Made by a program: the position numbers and the translations under genes
From: Candidatus Hermodarchaeota archaeon
GTDB lineage: Archaea; Asgardarchaeota; Lokiarchaeia; Sigyniarchaeales; SOKP01
Direction of reading: 5' to 3'
NCBI GenBank assembly: GCA_048885535.1
Contig: JBHLLO010000025.1
Coordinates: forward strand, 1-41,295
Length of the DNA stretch: 41,295 nucleotides
The notes under the pieces: model-generated
The model's input: only the letters and a program-made list of their open reading frames with translations
What the model was told of the DNA's origin: nothing
Databases searched by the model: none
Part shown: one piece after another, positions 19,527-28,765 of the stretch
Position numbering within the stretch: position 1 is the first letter of the stretch
Layout: each line of letters starts with the position of its first letter

Positions 19527-20399
19527 TTAAATATATTTTTCTTCGAAAACTCCTTCTAAATAATCCCGAATTTGATTTTTTGCTTTTGGTTCATTATTAA
19601 ACTTTGTATAAAGATAATTACTTAGGTATGTTTTTATTTCAGTTTTTAAATCCTTAAAATCAATAAAATCATAACCATTCTCCAATTTGTCCTTACTAAT
19701 CAATGGTGCAATATGCTTATTAATTAGATATAGGATAAATCTAACCAAAATAGTGCTTATTTGCTCTTGCTCTTCTTTAGTTAAGTCATAATCTCCATGT
19801 ACAATTGCATCTTTGATATTATTCAATAGTAATAAGTCTTGTTCAACATCTTTAGCTATCTTTAATTTTTTGATTTTGTTAGGGAAATCTTTCACATTCT
19901 TTAAATCAAGGACATTGTCGCAATAATTTTCTAAACTAGCAAAAAAACGTACTAGAAATTTAAAATTGTCATTAATACTATACAAGTTCTCCCATACTTC
20001 CAAATTTAAATCCTTCATAGTTATTTCTATTTCATCCTCTATCTTCTTTGAGACTTCTTTTAGGTAATGAGTGTAATCCCCAAATGGGAAACCGAAGTAA
20101 TAACTATTATATTTATTTTGAATATCTTTCGAAGATATTGAATTATCTTGAATCTTTTCTTTCCTAACTAGTTCTTTAACAAAATCTAACACATAATTAC
20201 AATTTGGGCAATATGTTTTCCAAGTACTAATCACTGCTTCTGGTGGCTTGATTCCATTACTTAAGTATCCATTAAAACCAGATAATTTTTTACCGTCAGA
20301 AGTAGAAAAGATTGCATCTTCGGGGTAAAATGTCCGTGGTACAAATTTGTTTTCACAAACAGGACATTTAATCATCTGTTTTTCACTCACGTTCATCAC
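19527..20399 (-). CDS. Hypothetical protein: N-terminal Zn ribbon plus a helical HEPN/DUF4145-like domain
   Basis: CPVC...CPNC pair; FPNKIKKL...LNNIKDAIVHGD resembles the HEPN R-x4-H region. Confidence 0.5.
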   Translation of the reverse strand: MMNVSEKQMIKCPVCENKFVPRTFYPEDAIFSTSDGKKLSGFNGYLSNGIKPPEAVISTWKTYCPNCNYVLDFVKELVRKEKIQDNSISSKDIQNKYNSYYFGFPFGDYTHYLKEVSKKIEDEIEITMKDLNLEVWENLYSINDNFKFLVRFFASLENYCDNVLDLKNVKDFPNKIKKLKIAKDVEQDLLLLNNIKDAIVHGDYDLTKEEQEQISTILVRFILYLINKHIAPLISKDKLENGYDFIDFKDLKTEIKTYLSNYLYTKFNNEPKAKNQIRDYLEGVFEEKYI

Positions 20400-20602
20400 A
20401 TTCTCTCAAATATATATTCTTATACCTTTTTTTTATGATTAACCTCAAATCCATTAAATTTATTCTTTTAAACGGAAAAGAATTATTAAGGTTTTATTAA
20501 ATAACGCTTAATATCTAATAAATTTCGAAATTTATACTACTATTTTAAATGAATTTCCTTGGAATTATTATACTTATGTGATACTAGGATATTTCTCGTT
20601 GT

Positions 20603-21274
20603 TTAATCAGAAATTACAATTGGTGGTGGAAAAATAATAATACTCACGCTAAGATAAATTCCAAAGATAATCATGAAACTTCCACAAATTAATAGTATGT
20701 ACTTATAAATTTTATAATTCAAAGCTTTACCTCCCAAGTAAATGAATGCTGAGATGGGTAAATACCAAACTATATCTCCTAATTCATGACCAATGAAAAA
20801 AAGTAATATCCCTATAGGATTTGCGAAAGAGATGTTGAGTCTCAACATGAGATCAAATCCTATAGCTATCCACCAGATTTCCCAGTAAGGATTAGAAAAT
20901 GATACAATTATGCCTCCTAAAAAACTATTTCCTTTAAAGCCTTTGAGTTGATCCTCTCCGACAAGAAAAAGTTCATCTAAATTAGTCTTTAAAGCATTAC
21001 GAATTACTAAAATTCCAAAAATTACTAAAAGCGTTCCCCCAATTATACCTACAATAACCAGAAAAGCAATGTTTTGGAGTAATAGCGATGCTCCAGCGAG
21101 AAGTGCTATTATTAATAAGAATTCTATAGTAGCATGTCCCAATACTGTGTAGAGTCCTGCTAGATAACCTCGTTTTTGTCTTAGAGATTTATAGATAGTA
21201 AAAGTTAATAAGGGTCCTGGAGATAGAGCTCCTGTTAATGCATATATAAAGGAAGTTAATAAAATATGCCACAT
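20603..21274 (-). CDS. LysE-family translocator
   Basis: GALSPGPL, G...VLGHA.IE and G...S.SNPYW..WW; multi-TM. Confidence 0.88.
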   Translation of the reverse strand: MWHILLTSFIYALTGALSPGPLLTFTIYKSLRQKRGYLAGLYTVLGHATIEFLLIIALLAGASLLLQNIAFLVIVGIIGGTLLVIFGILVIRNALKTNLDELFLVGEDQLKGFKGNSFLGGIIVSFSNPYWEIWWIAIGFDLMLRLNISFANPIGILLFFIGHELGDIVWYLPISAFIYLGGKALNYKIYKYILLICGSFMIIFGIYLSVSIIIFPPPIVISD

Positions 21275-21308
21275 ATATTTGTATAAAATTTACTCATCGA
21301 ATAAATAT

Positions 21309-21935
21309 TTAGATTCCACCAAATAACCAATTAATTAATGCTACAATCACAAACAAAACAATTAGTATTGGAATCATAAAGACTAAAAATAAATAAGATC
21401 CCTTAATGAGCTCTTTACGCCAAGACTTTAAGCCTTCATCCCATTTTTTTTGAGTTGCTTCTTGCCAATTTTTTATATCCTCTCGTATCTTTTTTGTTCT
21501 TATTTCTAATTGTTCTTTTGTCTCAATTTGCTTTGCTTTTAAATCATTTACCCATTGTTGGAACTTAGAATTCCACTCTTCTTCTGTATTTATAAGGAAG
21601 GTATTTATTTGTTCTTTATTTTTTTCCCATAATTTTATGTTTTTAGTACGCATTTTTTCAATTTCAGAAGCCCAATCCTTAATTGTATTATCTAGATTTT
21701 TCTTTGTTTGGTTAAAGAATGTATTAATTTTTTCTTTATTCTCATTCCATAATTCCAAGTTCTTTTTAGATTGATTCTCTACCGATTCTTGAAATTTGTT
21801 TAATCCATCTCTAACAATATTAACGAAATTATTCCATCCTTTGATTAGGACGTTTTCGATTTTTTCTTTATGTTCAATTGTATCAGCTTTATTATCAGTT
21901 TTATTTGGTTCTTCAGAATTGCTATTGTCGCTCAT
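21309..21935 (-). CDS. Tail-anchored helical-repeat protein
   Basis: 40-aa Trp-containing internal repeats; single C-terminal TM (YLFLVFMIPILIVLFVIVALINWLF); no signal peptide. Confidence 0.7.
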   Translation of the reverse strand: MSDNSNSEEPNKTDNKADTIEHKEKIENVLIKGWNNFVNIVRDGLNKFQESVENQSKKNLELWNENKEKINTFFNQTKKNLDNTIKDWASEIEKMRTKNIKLWEKNKEQINTFLINTEEEWNSKFQQWVNDLKAKQIETKEQLEIRTKKIREDIKNWQEATQKKWDEGLKSWRKELIKGSYLFLVFMIPILIVLFVIVALINWLFGGI

Positions 21936-22018
21936 AGGCTTTTAATAAGTTATCGATACTTAAATATTTATTTTATTAACTACTTTTAATTAAAAATAAT
22001 TACAAGTGTAGTATTAAG

Positions 22019-23404
22019 ATGGATTTTGAAATTTTGAAAAAAACTCCTTTGTATGATACTCTTTCTGACAGAGGAAAACGGATTTCTTTACCTGAGGGCA
22101 TTTTTTATTGGTCAGGGAGAGCAAAGAAAGAAGCAGAATATATTGGAACCATTGGAGAAGCTTATGCTTACAAAAAAGACTTTATAGAGAACAATTCTGA
22201 TACATGGGTTCCTTGTTATTTGAAATATGTAGATGAATATTTAAACAACTTAGAGATTCAGGATTTAGTTCCCTACGCGTCAATTCCTGGATTAGATGAT
22301 TTACGTAAAATTTGGAAAGATTGGATTCTTAAGAAATCTTTATATAATACAAGTTCAGAGGCTGGAAAACTTAAAAGGCTTGAAAAGTATATTTCGGTTC
22401 CATTAGTAACATCAGGGGTCACAAATGCGATTTTTTTGGCCTCTGCGATGTTTTTAAATTCAGATGAAATAGTAATTTGTCCAAACAAAAGATGGGAGAA
22501 TTATGACAATATTTTTACCAACTTTTTAGGAGCAAGTATTCAATCCTTTGACTTTTTTAATAAAGATAAAATAAATCTTAAAGGATTATCTAAAGCAATC
22601 TATACTGTTTCAGAAATTCAAAATAAAATTATTATTATTCTAGGATTTCCAAACAATCCAACTGGATTTATACCAACTAAAGAGGAAAGTATGCAATTGA
22701 TTGAGATCTTTAAAGAAACTCAAAAAGAACTCAAAAAGCCATTTCTAATTCTTATAGATGATGCTTATGAACCTTATATATTTAGTGAGAATGTTATTAA
22801 TCGTTCTTTATTTTATGACATTCATCAACTCGATGAAGATATTGTTCCAATTAAACTAGATGGCATAACAAAAGAACTTTTATTGTATGGGGGTAGAATA
22901 GGTTTTGTCACCGTTGGATTAAAACCAAAATGGGTAATTAATGATACAGAATTAGAAAAATTAAAAAATCAAATTGATAATAAATTGTCTGGATTTAATA
23001 GAAGTACCATATCTAATTGCAATCATTTTTATCAAGCAGTTACGTCGAAAATCTTCAATGAAAAGGGGATGGATAATATCTTGAAAACCAGAAGCATAAT
23101 AGAACATGTCCTTAAACGCAGATTTGAGAGAATAAATGAAGAATTAAAGAAGATTGAATCTCAAGAGATTTCTGTTGATCCCCATGCAGGAGGTTTTTTC
23201 GTATTTCTAAATTTAAATCCTAACAAAATTAAAGCTACTGAATTTGCTGATCATTTATTGAAAAAATATAAAGTAGGAATAATTCCTATTGAAAATGTTA
23301 GAGAAAACATTAATGGTATCAGAATAGCTTTTTGTTCAATTGACATCAATCAAATTCCAGAAATTGTAAATCGAATAAATCTGGCTTTAGAAGATTTTAA
23401 ATAA
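22019..23404 (+). CDS. Class I/II PLP-dependent aminotransferase
   Basis: WENY, FPNNPTG, DDAY, KLDGITKE...GGRIGF and IRIAF. Confidence 0.9.
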   Translation: MDFEILKKTPLYDTLSDRGKRISLPEGIFYWSGRAKKEAEYIGTIGEAYAYKKDFIENNSDTWVPCYLKYVDEYLNNLEIQDLVPYASIPGLDDLRKIWKDWILKKSLYNTSSEAGKLKRLEKYISVPLVTSGVTNAIFLASAMFLNSDEIVICPNKRWENYDNIFTNFLGASIQSFDFFNKDKINLKGLSKAIYTVSEIQNKIIIILGFPNNPTGFIPTKEESMQLIEIFKETQKELKKPFLILIDDAYEPYIFSENVINRSLFYDIHQLDEDIVPIKLDGITKELLLYGGRIGFVTVGLKPKWVINDTELEKLKNQIDNKLSGFNRSTISNCNHFYQAVTSKIFNEKGMDNILKTRSIIEHVLKRRFERINEELKKIESQEISVDPHAGGFFVFLNLNPNKIKATEFADHLLKKYKVGIIPIENVRENINGIRIAFCSIDINQIPEIVNRINLALEDFK

Positions 23405-23527
23405 TCATTAATGGTTTTTCCATATTACCATAATATATATCAAATCGATTTAATGCGTGATTTTATATATTCTAACTTTTATAACATATATAAATTATTT
23501 AAGAAAAAAATGAAGTGAAAAGTTAAA

Positions 23528-24532
23528 ATGAAACTTTATTTGGTTAATAAGGGGGAACTTAACGAGATCAATAATCCCGTTCTATCGAAAGGAGACGTTT
23601 ATCTGCTTGATGACCAGAAAACTATTTATGTTTGGATCGGGAGTAAATGTTCAGTTGACGAGAAGACAAGTGGTGCTGCTCAAGCAAGAAAACTAGATCA
23701 AGAAAGAGGTGGCGCAGCTAAAATAATCACTGTTGATGAGGGTTTAGAGTCTGGAGAGTTTCTTAAGGCCATCAATTCTATTGGAACTATTAAAATTGTA
23801 GAAAAAAATATTGCAAAAACACTCTTAAAAGATGTGGTTACTGGTGATTGGGCAGGATTTACTGAGCATGTTAATGTGTTATATAGAGTGTCTTCAGAGG
23901 AGTTTGAAGGTATAAATACTATGAAAATGGTTCAGGTACCGTTTTCAAAAGATTCTTTAGATTCTGAGGATTGTTTTTTAGCTGATCTGGGTAATAAAGT
24001 CTATATTTGGCAAGGCACACAATGTAATGTAAAAGAAAAAGTAAAAGCAGGTCAATGGGCACGCCAAATTGATGCTAATCGACCAGGACTTCAAAATGAA
24101 ACTATATTTGAAGAGGGAGATGATCGAGAGTTCCTAGCGGCTATTGATCGAGGAGAACATTATAAAGAATCCGATGCAGTTCAATTAAGAGCAGAATCCG
24201 AGTTAGAACCAGAAAGCGAGGTACCTATAAAAATTGAATCTGAAACAAAAGCAGTAATTAGAGATGTGACACCTGAAGACATAAAGGCTGATATTGCTGA
24301 ATTAAAAACAGCAAGCCCTTCTGGCGCCGCTCCAGGTATTCCAGGGTCTGCAGACGATTTATTAACAATTGAGAAAGTAGATGGACGTCGAAAATGCCCC
24401 AAGTGTGGAAATGAAGACAAGATGTTGATTCATGAAAGTGTGGATAAAGGAAATATAATTTTGGATTATCCAAGAATGTACGGTAAAAAATACCGTTGTG
24501 GGCAATGTGGGATAGAATGGCGTGAGAAGTAG
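23528..24532 (+). CDS. Two-domain gelsolin (2DGel-like) with an acidic linker and a C-terminal Zn ribbon
   Basis: GDVYLLD...IYVWIG......EK and SLDSEDCFLAD.G..VYIWQG......EK gelsolin repeats; C-terminal CPKCG...CGQCG. Confidence 0.88.
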   Translation: MKLYLVNKGELNEINNPVLSKGDVYLLDDQKTIYVWIGSKCSVDEKTSGAAQARKLDQERGGAAKIITVDEGLESGEFLKAINSIGTIKIVEKNIAKTLLKDVVTGDWAGFTEHVNVLYRVSSEEFEGINTMKMVQVPFSKDSLDSEDCFLADLGNKVYIWQGTQCNVKEKVKAGQWARQIDANRPGLQNETIFEEGDDREFLAAIDRGEHYKESDAVQLRAESELEPESEVPIKIESETKAVIRDVTPEDIKADIAELKTASPSGAAPGIPGSADDLLTIEKVDGRRKCPKCGNEDKMLIHESVDKGNIILDYPRMYGKKYRCGQCGIEWREK

Positions 24533-24587
24533 GATTATTTAAAATAATTTTCTTTTAATCTTTTTTGAGATCTACGTTTTTTTAACA

Positions 24588-25862
24588 TCAAGCTTTCTGT
24601 AAATCTCTCCTCAATAGTTTTATTTTTTTCTTTAATTCTATAATTTCAATATCTTTTTTCTCTATTTCGGATTGAAGTTTTAGTCTTGAATCTTTTACGG
24701 TTTGCATTTCCCCCAAAATTCTGTCTTCAATCTGTTCAGCTTCATAAAGTTTATTCTTTAAGTCTTCTTCTTGCTTTTTTAAATTTTTAATCTCAATAAT
24801 TTGATCATCAATAATGTTGCGTAAATTAGCAATTTCTAATTCGAATTTTCCTGTTATATTGCCAGATTTTTCCTGGGATTCTTCTAATTGTTTTTGAATC
24901 CTATTAATAAATTCTTCGTGTGTTTTATCTTTTTGAGTTAATTTTTCAATCTCTAACACTAATTCTTTTATCCTTTCCTCTTTTTTTTCGAGATCTTTCT
25001 TTACTAAACTAAAGGTTTCGACTTGTTGTTGTAATTCTTTTATTTTTTTATTTGCTGTTTCTAGGTTACTTTCTATTGAGAAAATTGCCTTTTCTTTTTC
25101 AGTTATAATTTCATCCTTTTTTTCTAGAAGTAATTGTATCTTATCAAATTTTGACTTTTGAACGGTATCCCTTTCAAGATATTGAATTTGTTCCAAGAGT
25201 TCTTTAACTTTATTGTCTTTTTCTTTTAATCTTTCAACTAAATCTTTATTAGAAATTTGTTCAGACTTTAACTGCTCCAATTCATTTGTTAAATTTTGAT
25301 TTTTTTGTGTTTGTTCCTGTATAGTATCATTTAATTTATCTAATTCAATAGTTTGGTCTTGTATTAATTGATTTTTTTCTGTGATTGATGTATTTAATTT
25401 TTCAATTTCTTGCTTATGGGATGATAACTGCTCATTTAAGTGTTTAATTTCATTATTTTTATTATCTATAATTTTATTTAATTCGAGATCACTTTCAGCA
25501 GATTGGGATACCATTTCTATCTGGGATTCTAATTCTTTTATAAAGTCATCCTTCTTTACGATAGTTTGAAGTAAATTTTCTATAGTTGTATTATTCTGAT
25601 CAGCTAATTGCTGGAGTTTTTCATTTTCTTGGGAGAGAAATCCATAATCCTTTTCCTTTTTTTCCAATTCTTCTGATAAACTTACAATTTTCTCGTTTAA
25701 TTCAGAGTTTTGTTCAATGAAATAATCTAATTGCTCTTTGAGGTTTTCCTCTTCCAATACAGGTTTATCAACTTCTTCCTTCTCCTCTACCCATCCCAGA
25801 GATGATAGTGCTTCCGAAATCGATTCATCTTCATCTTTTTGATTGTTTGGTTCATCTGGCAT
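24588..25862 (-). CDS. Long coiled-coil protein
   Basis: About 380 aa of K/E/Q/L-rich, Pro-free heptad-like sequence after a short acidic head containing ALSSLGW. Confidence 0.75.
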   Translation of the reverse strand: MPDEPNNQKDEDESISEALSSLGWVEEKEEVDKPVLEEENLKEQLDYFIEQNSELNEKIVSLSEELEKKEKDYGFLSQENEKLQQLADQNNTTIENLLQTIVKKDDFIKELESQIEMVSQSAESDLELNKIIDNKNNEIKHLNEQLSSHKQEIEKLNTSITEKNQLIQDQTIELDKLNDTIQEQTQKNQNLTNELEQLKSEQISNKDLVERLKEKDNKVKELLEQIQYLERDTVQKSKFDKIQLLLEKKDEIITEKEKAIFSIESNLETANKKIKELQQQVETFSLVKKDLEKKEERIKELVLEIEKLTQKDKTHEEFINRIQKQLEESQEKSGNITGKFELEIANLRNIIDDQIIEIKNLKKQEEDLKNKLYEAEQIEDRILGEMQTVKDSRLKLQSEIEKKDIEIIELKKKIKLLRRDLQKA

Positions 25863-25947
25863 AATATAAAAAACAATTTTTGGTCTATTAAATTTTTCTA
25901 CTCATTATAAATATTATATCAAAAGTATTGAAAAAACCTAGAGTTTC

Positions 25948-26433
25948 TTATTCTAGGTAATCTTGAGTGAATACATATTTTCTATCAAGGAAAAATTTAG
26001 TAAGATAACCAATAGAAAGGGCTACAATGAAACTTATTTCTAGAGGAGTATGAAAAAGATTAGTCAGGAGAAATTGTATTCCTATATTCTCTATAGTGGT
26101 TAAAACAGCAAATAAAAAGTACTTTAAAAACTCTTTAGAGGTTTCTTTTAATTTACTTCCAGCCTTTTTAAAAACAATATATTTGTCTAAAAAGAATTTA
26201 ATAATATAGGTTATTCCAACAGCAAGAATGGAACCAATTAATTCGGGCATGTTATAAGGATTTGTTGAACAATAAAGTGAATAGATAATTGGAATATGTC
26301 CAAAATTACTACAAATCAATGGTTTAATTAAAAGTTGATTAGCTTTTTGAATAAGATAATTCAAAATAATCATGCATGCAGCAAATAACAAGTATAAAAA
26401 CATTTGCCTTTTTAACTTATTATCCGTTCCCAT
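25948..26433 (-). CDS. GtrA-family membrane protein
   Basis: Duplicated motif KFFLDKYIVF / KFFLDRKYVF; 4 TM. Confidence 0.8.
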   Translation of the reverse strand: MGTDNKLKRQMFLYLLFAACMIILNYLIQKANQLLIKPLICSNFGHIPIIYSLYCSTNPYNMPELIGSILAVGITYIIKFFLDKYIVFKKAGSKLKETSKEFLKYFLFAVLTTIENIGIQFLLTNLFHTPLEISFIVALSIGYLTKFFLDRKYVFTQDYLE

Positions 26434-26445
26434 CTTTTAAACCTT

Positions 26446-26769
26446 CTAATTTTTAAGTTTTGCCCCACATTGAGGACAAAATCTTAAATTCCATTCTAAA
26501 ATTATAATATTGCAAGATGGACATACTTTTTCTTCAATATTTATAGTTTCTTCATCAACTTTTTGCTCACTTTCGTAGTTCTCCATATCTCCATATGAAT
26601 AGGATTCTGTGTTTATTGTCTCTCGAGTTCTTCTTCTTATTCCACAAGAAAGGGGCAAGATGAAGAAGAATGGAAAAAAGATGAAAAATTCCCCTAAAAT
26701 TAAACTTAAAATCAAAAAAGTTATTGAAATAATAGTAAGTCCAATAAATATTAGTTTATAATGCTTCAT
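26446..26769 (-). CDS. Small membrane protein with a C-terminal zinc ribbon
   Basis: TM hairpin then CPSC...FCPQCGAKL; start moved to the ATG at 26769 because the longer ORF (26886) overlaps the upstream gene. Confidence 0.7.
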   Translation of the reverse strand: MKHYKLIFIGLTIISITFLILSLILGEFFIFFPFFFILPLSCGIRRRTRETINTESYSYGDMENYESEQKVDEETINIEEKVCPSCNIIILEWNLRFCPQCGAKLKN

Positions 26770-26809
26770 ATCTAAATAAATTAAAACTTTATAATTTTGG
26801 CATATTTGT

Positions 26810-27472
26810 CTATTTCTTTGTAATCTTATCCTTCCAAGAGTCAAGTTTTTCAATTTGTTTACCTTGCGAAGTTTCCTCAGAAGCACTGGATGATGGTAAT
26901 GGTCGAGTTAACTGAAATCCCACTCCCGTTTCCTGGGATCTTGGAGATAATACATCCAGTATTTCTTTTGAAAGTCTAGCTTTTTGGCTTGTTTTACCAG
27001 TTACCTTTCTATATAGCCTCTTCAATCCATAGGCTAATAGCGAAAAACCAAGAGAAAATAGGAAATATAATGCGACCCAACCATCTCCGAGAAGGGGTAT
27101 CAAAAAAGGTAAAAGACCAGATGTATAATTTGCATAAAATATTCCAATTAAGGCGAAAATACCGATAAACACTAAACATCTAAAGCATGAAGGAATCAAC
27201 TGTTTTTTCATCATTTGCTTCATTAAAGCAGTAGATTCTCGTTGTAATTTAATTAATTCTTGACCATCTCCAGTTATTTGAGCAGTTCTCATACGTTCTT
27301 GAAGATTTAGTGCTTTTTCTCTTAGTTCTTTGGCAGTATTAAGATTTATACCTAAGACTCTATTAAGTAATAAACTTAGTGCTACCATTCCAATACTTAT
27401 GAACATTATCTGAAGAATAATATCTACATTTGTCAAATTTTTTTCACTATGATTATGAAAATTCAATTTCAA
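26810..27472 (-). CDS. DUF106 / EMC3-TMCO1 (Oxa1 superfamily) membrane insertase-like protein
   Basis: TM1, then a cytosolic coiled coil ending in a Met-rich LMKQMMKKQLIP, TM2, and GWVALYFLFS TM3. Confidence 0.7.
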   Translation of the reverse strand: MKLNFHNHSEKNLTNVDIILQIMFISIGMVALSLLLNRVLGINLNTAKELREKALNLQERMRTAQITGDGQELIKLQRESTALMKQMMKKQLIPSCFRCLVFIGIFALIGIFYANYTSGLLPFLIPLLGDGWVALYFLFSLGFSLLAYGLKRLYRKVTGKTSQKARLSKEILDVLSPRSQETGVGFQLTRPLPSSSASEETSQGKQIEKLDSWKDKITKK

Positions 27473-27544
27473 TTAAATTTTTTTAAAAATTCTCTAAATA
27501 GAATTGATTATTCTAATGTAAAGCATAAAATCCTAAATCTTATT

Positions 27545-28642
27545 TCACTTCAAATTACCCTTAAAATATCCTTGAACATACTTAGAAAAAAGAGCCTTCC
27601 ATTTAGTAGGTAAGCTAGATACTATAGCACATCCAAAATAACAACCATTACAAAAGTTAAAGTCATCCCGATGATGAATTACTTCTTTTACCTCCTTTAT
27701 ATTATAAATCAATGATAAAGGATGTTTTAATGCATTAATACTTACTATAGGGTGAAGTTTACATGGAAAATCAATATAACCATCCCATCTTACAAAAAGA
27801 TATGCCTCTGCAACGTGACATCGTAGACTTTGTTGATAATAGTTAGGAAAACCCCCGAAACCCCCCTCTTTAATTATGTTCACACTAAATGGATCAGTTA
27901 GGATGTTTTTAAACTTTTTTCGTAAGGAATATATTAAATTAGCCCATAAAGGTATATCTGGAATTGATTTTTCTATATTCATAATTCGAAACTTCTCATT
28001 ATGAAATTCTCTAATAATATCTTCACAGGGATATAATTCTATAGCTACATCATACTGCTCAGCTAATGCACAGATTTTTTCAAGTGAATTGATATTATCC
28101 TTCATTACGACAGTATTGATTATAACTTTAATATCCTTTTTACACGCAATATTTATAGTTTCAAGAGCTTTGTCAAATGTTTTAATCCCTCGCTTGTTAT
28201 CATGTAGATTTGCTTCTGGATAATCAATTGAAAGGAGAATATAATCTAATCCTTTCAAACCTCCGTTTTCTTTAAATAGTTTTGGCATTAGATACCCATT
28301 TGTAGCAACTCCAATTATGAAATCATGTGTCTTTTCAGTATACTGAATAAGTTCTGGTAAATCCTTTCTTAAGGTAGGTTCACCTCCTGTAAAAGAAAGA
28401 ATATTAACACCCAATTTTGCTACTTGATCAATTATATATTTTACTTGGTTTGTGTTCATTTCATTTTTTATTAAGAGCTTAGGTAGAATGGGAATAGAAC
28501 AAAAAGGACAAGTGGCATTGCATCTTAAAGTAAGTTCTATTTGAGCAGAATATGGTATTTTATTATGTGTGAATTTATTTAAGCTAAAATTTTTTATATA
28601 CTTAAACCAATTTTTCACACGTACCATATTAATAGATTTCAC
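27545..28642 (-). CDS. Radical SAM protein with a SPASM/twitch-type C-terminal domain
   Basis: CNATCPFC, FTGGEP.LR.D, TNG, SID...HD..RG, C-x14-DG....PC and C..C..GC. Confidence 0.88.
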   Translation of the reverse strand: MKSINMVRVKNWFKYIKNFSLNKFTHNKIPYSAQIELTLRCNATCPFCSIPILPKLLIKNEMNTNQVKYIIDQVAKLGVNILSFTGGEPTLRKDLPELIQYTEKTHDFIIGVATNGYLMPKLFKENGGLKGLDYILLSIDYPEANLHDNKRGIKTFDKALETINIACKKDIKVIINTVVMKDNINSLEKICALAEQYDVAIELYPCEDIIREFHNEKFRIMNIEKSIPDIPLWANLIYSLRKKFKNILTDPFSVNIIKEGGFGGFPNYYQQSLRCHVAEAYLFVRWDGYIDFPCKLHPIVSINALKHPLSLIYNIKEVKEVIHHRDDFNFCNGCYFGCAIVSSLPTKWKALFSKYVQGYFKGNLK

Positions 28643-28765
28643 CTAAAATTAACGTACTATAAAATTAATTTCTTGGAATATTAATTAGATTTAATTTTAA
28701 TGGAATTAAAAATATAATCTATATTAAATTATTGATTAACACTTTTAAGAGATATTTTATCAACT

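Noticed and set aside
24588-25862. SMC / chromosome segregation protein annotation
   Set aside because: No Walker A/B motifs or hinge domain; any similarity would be compositional only.
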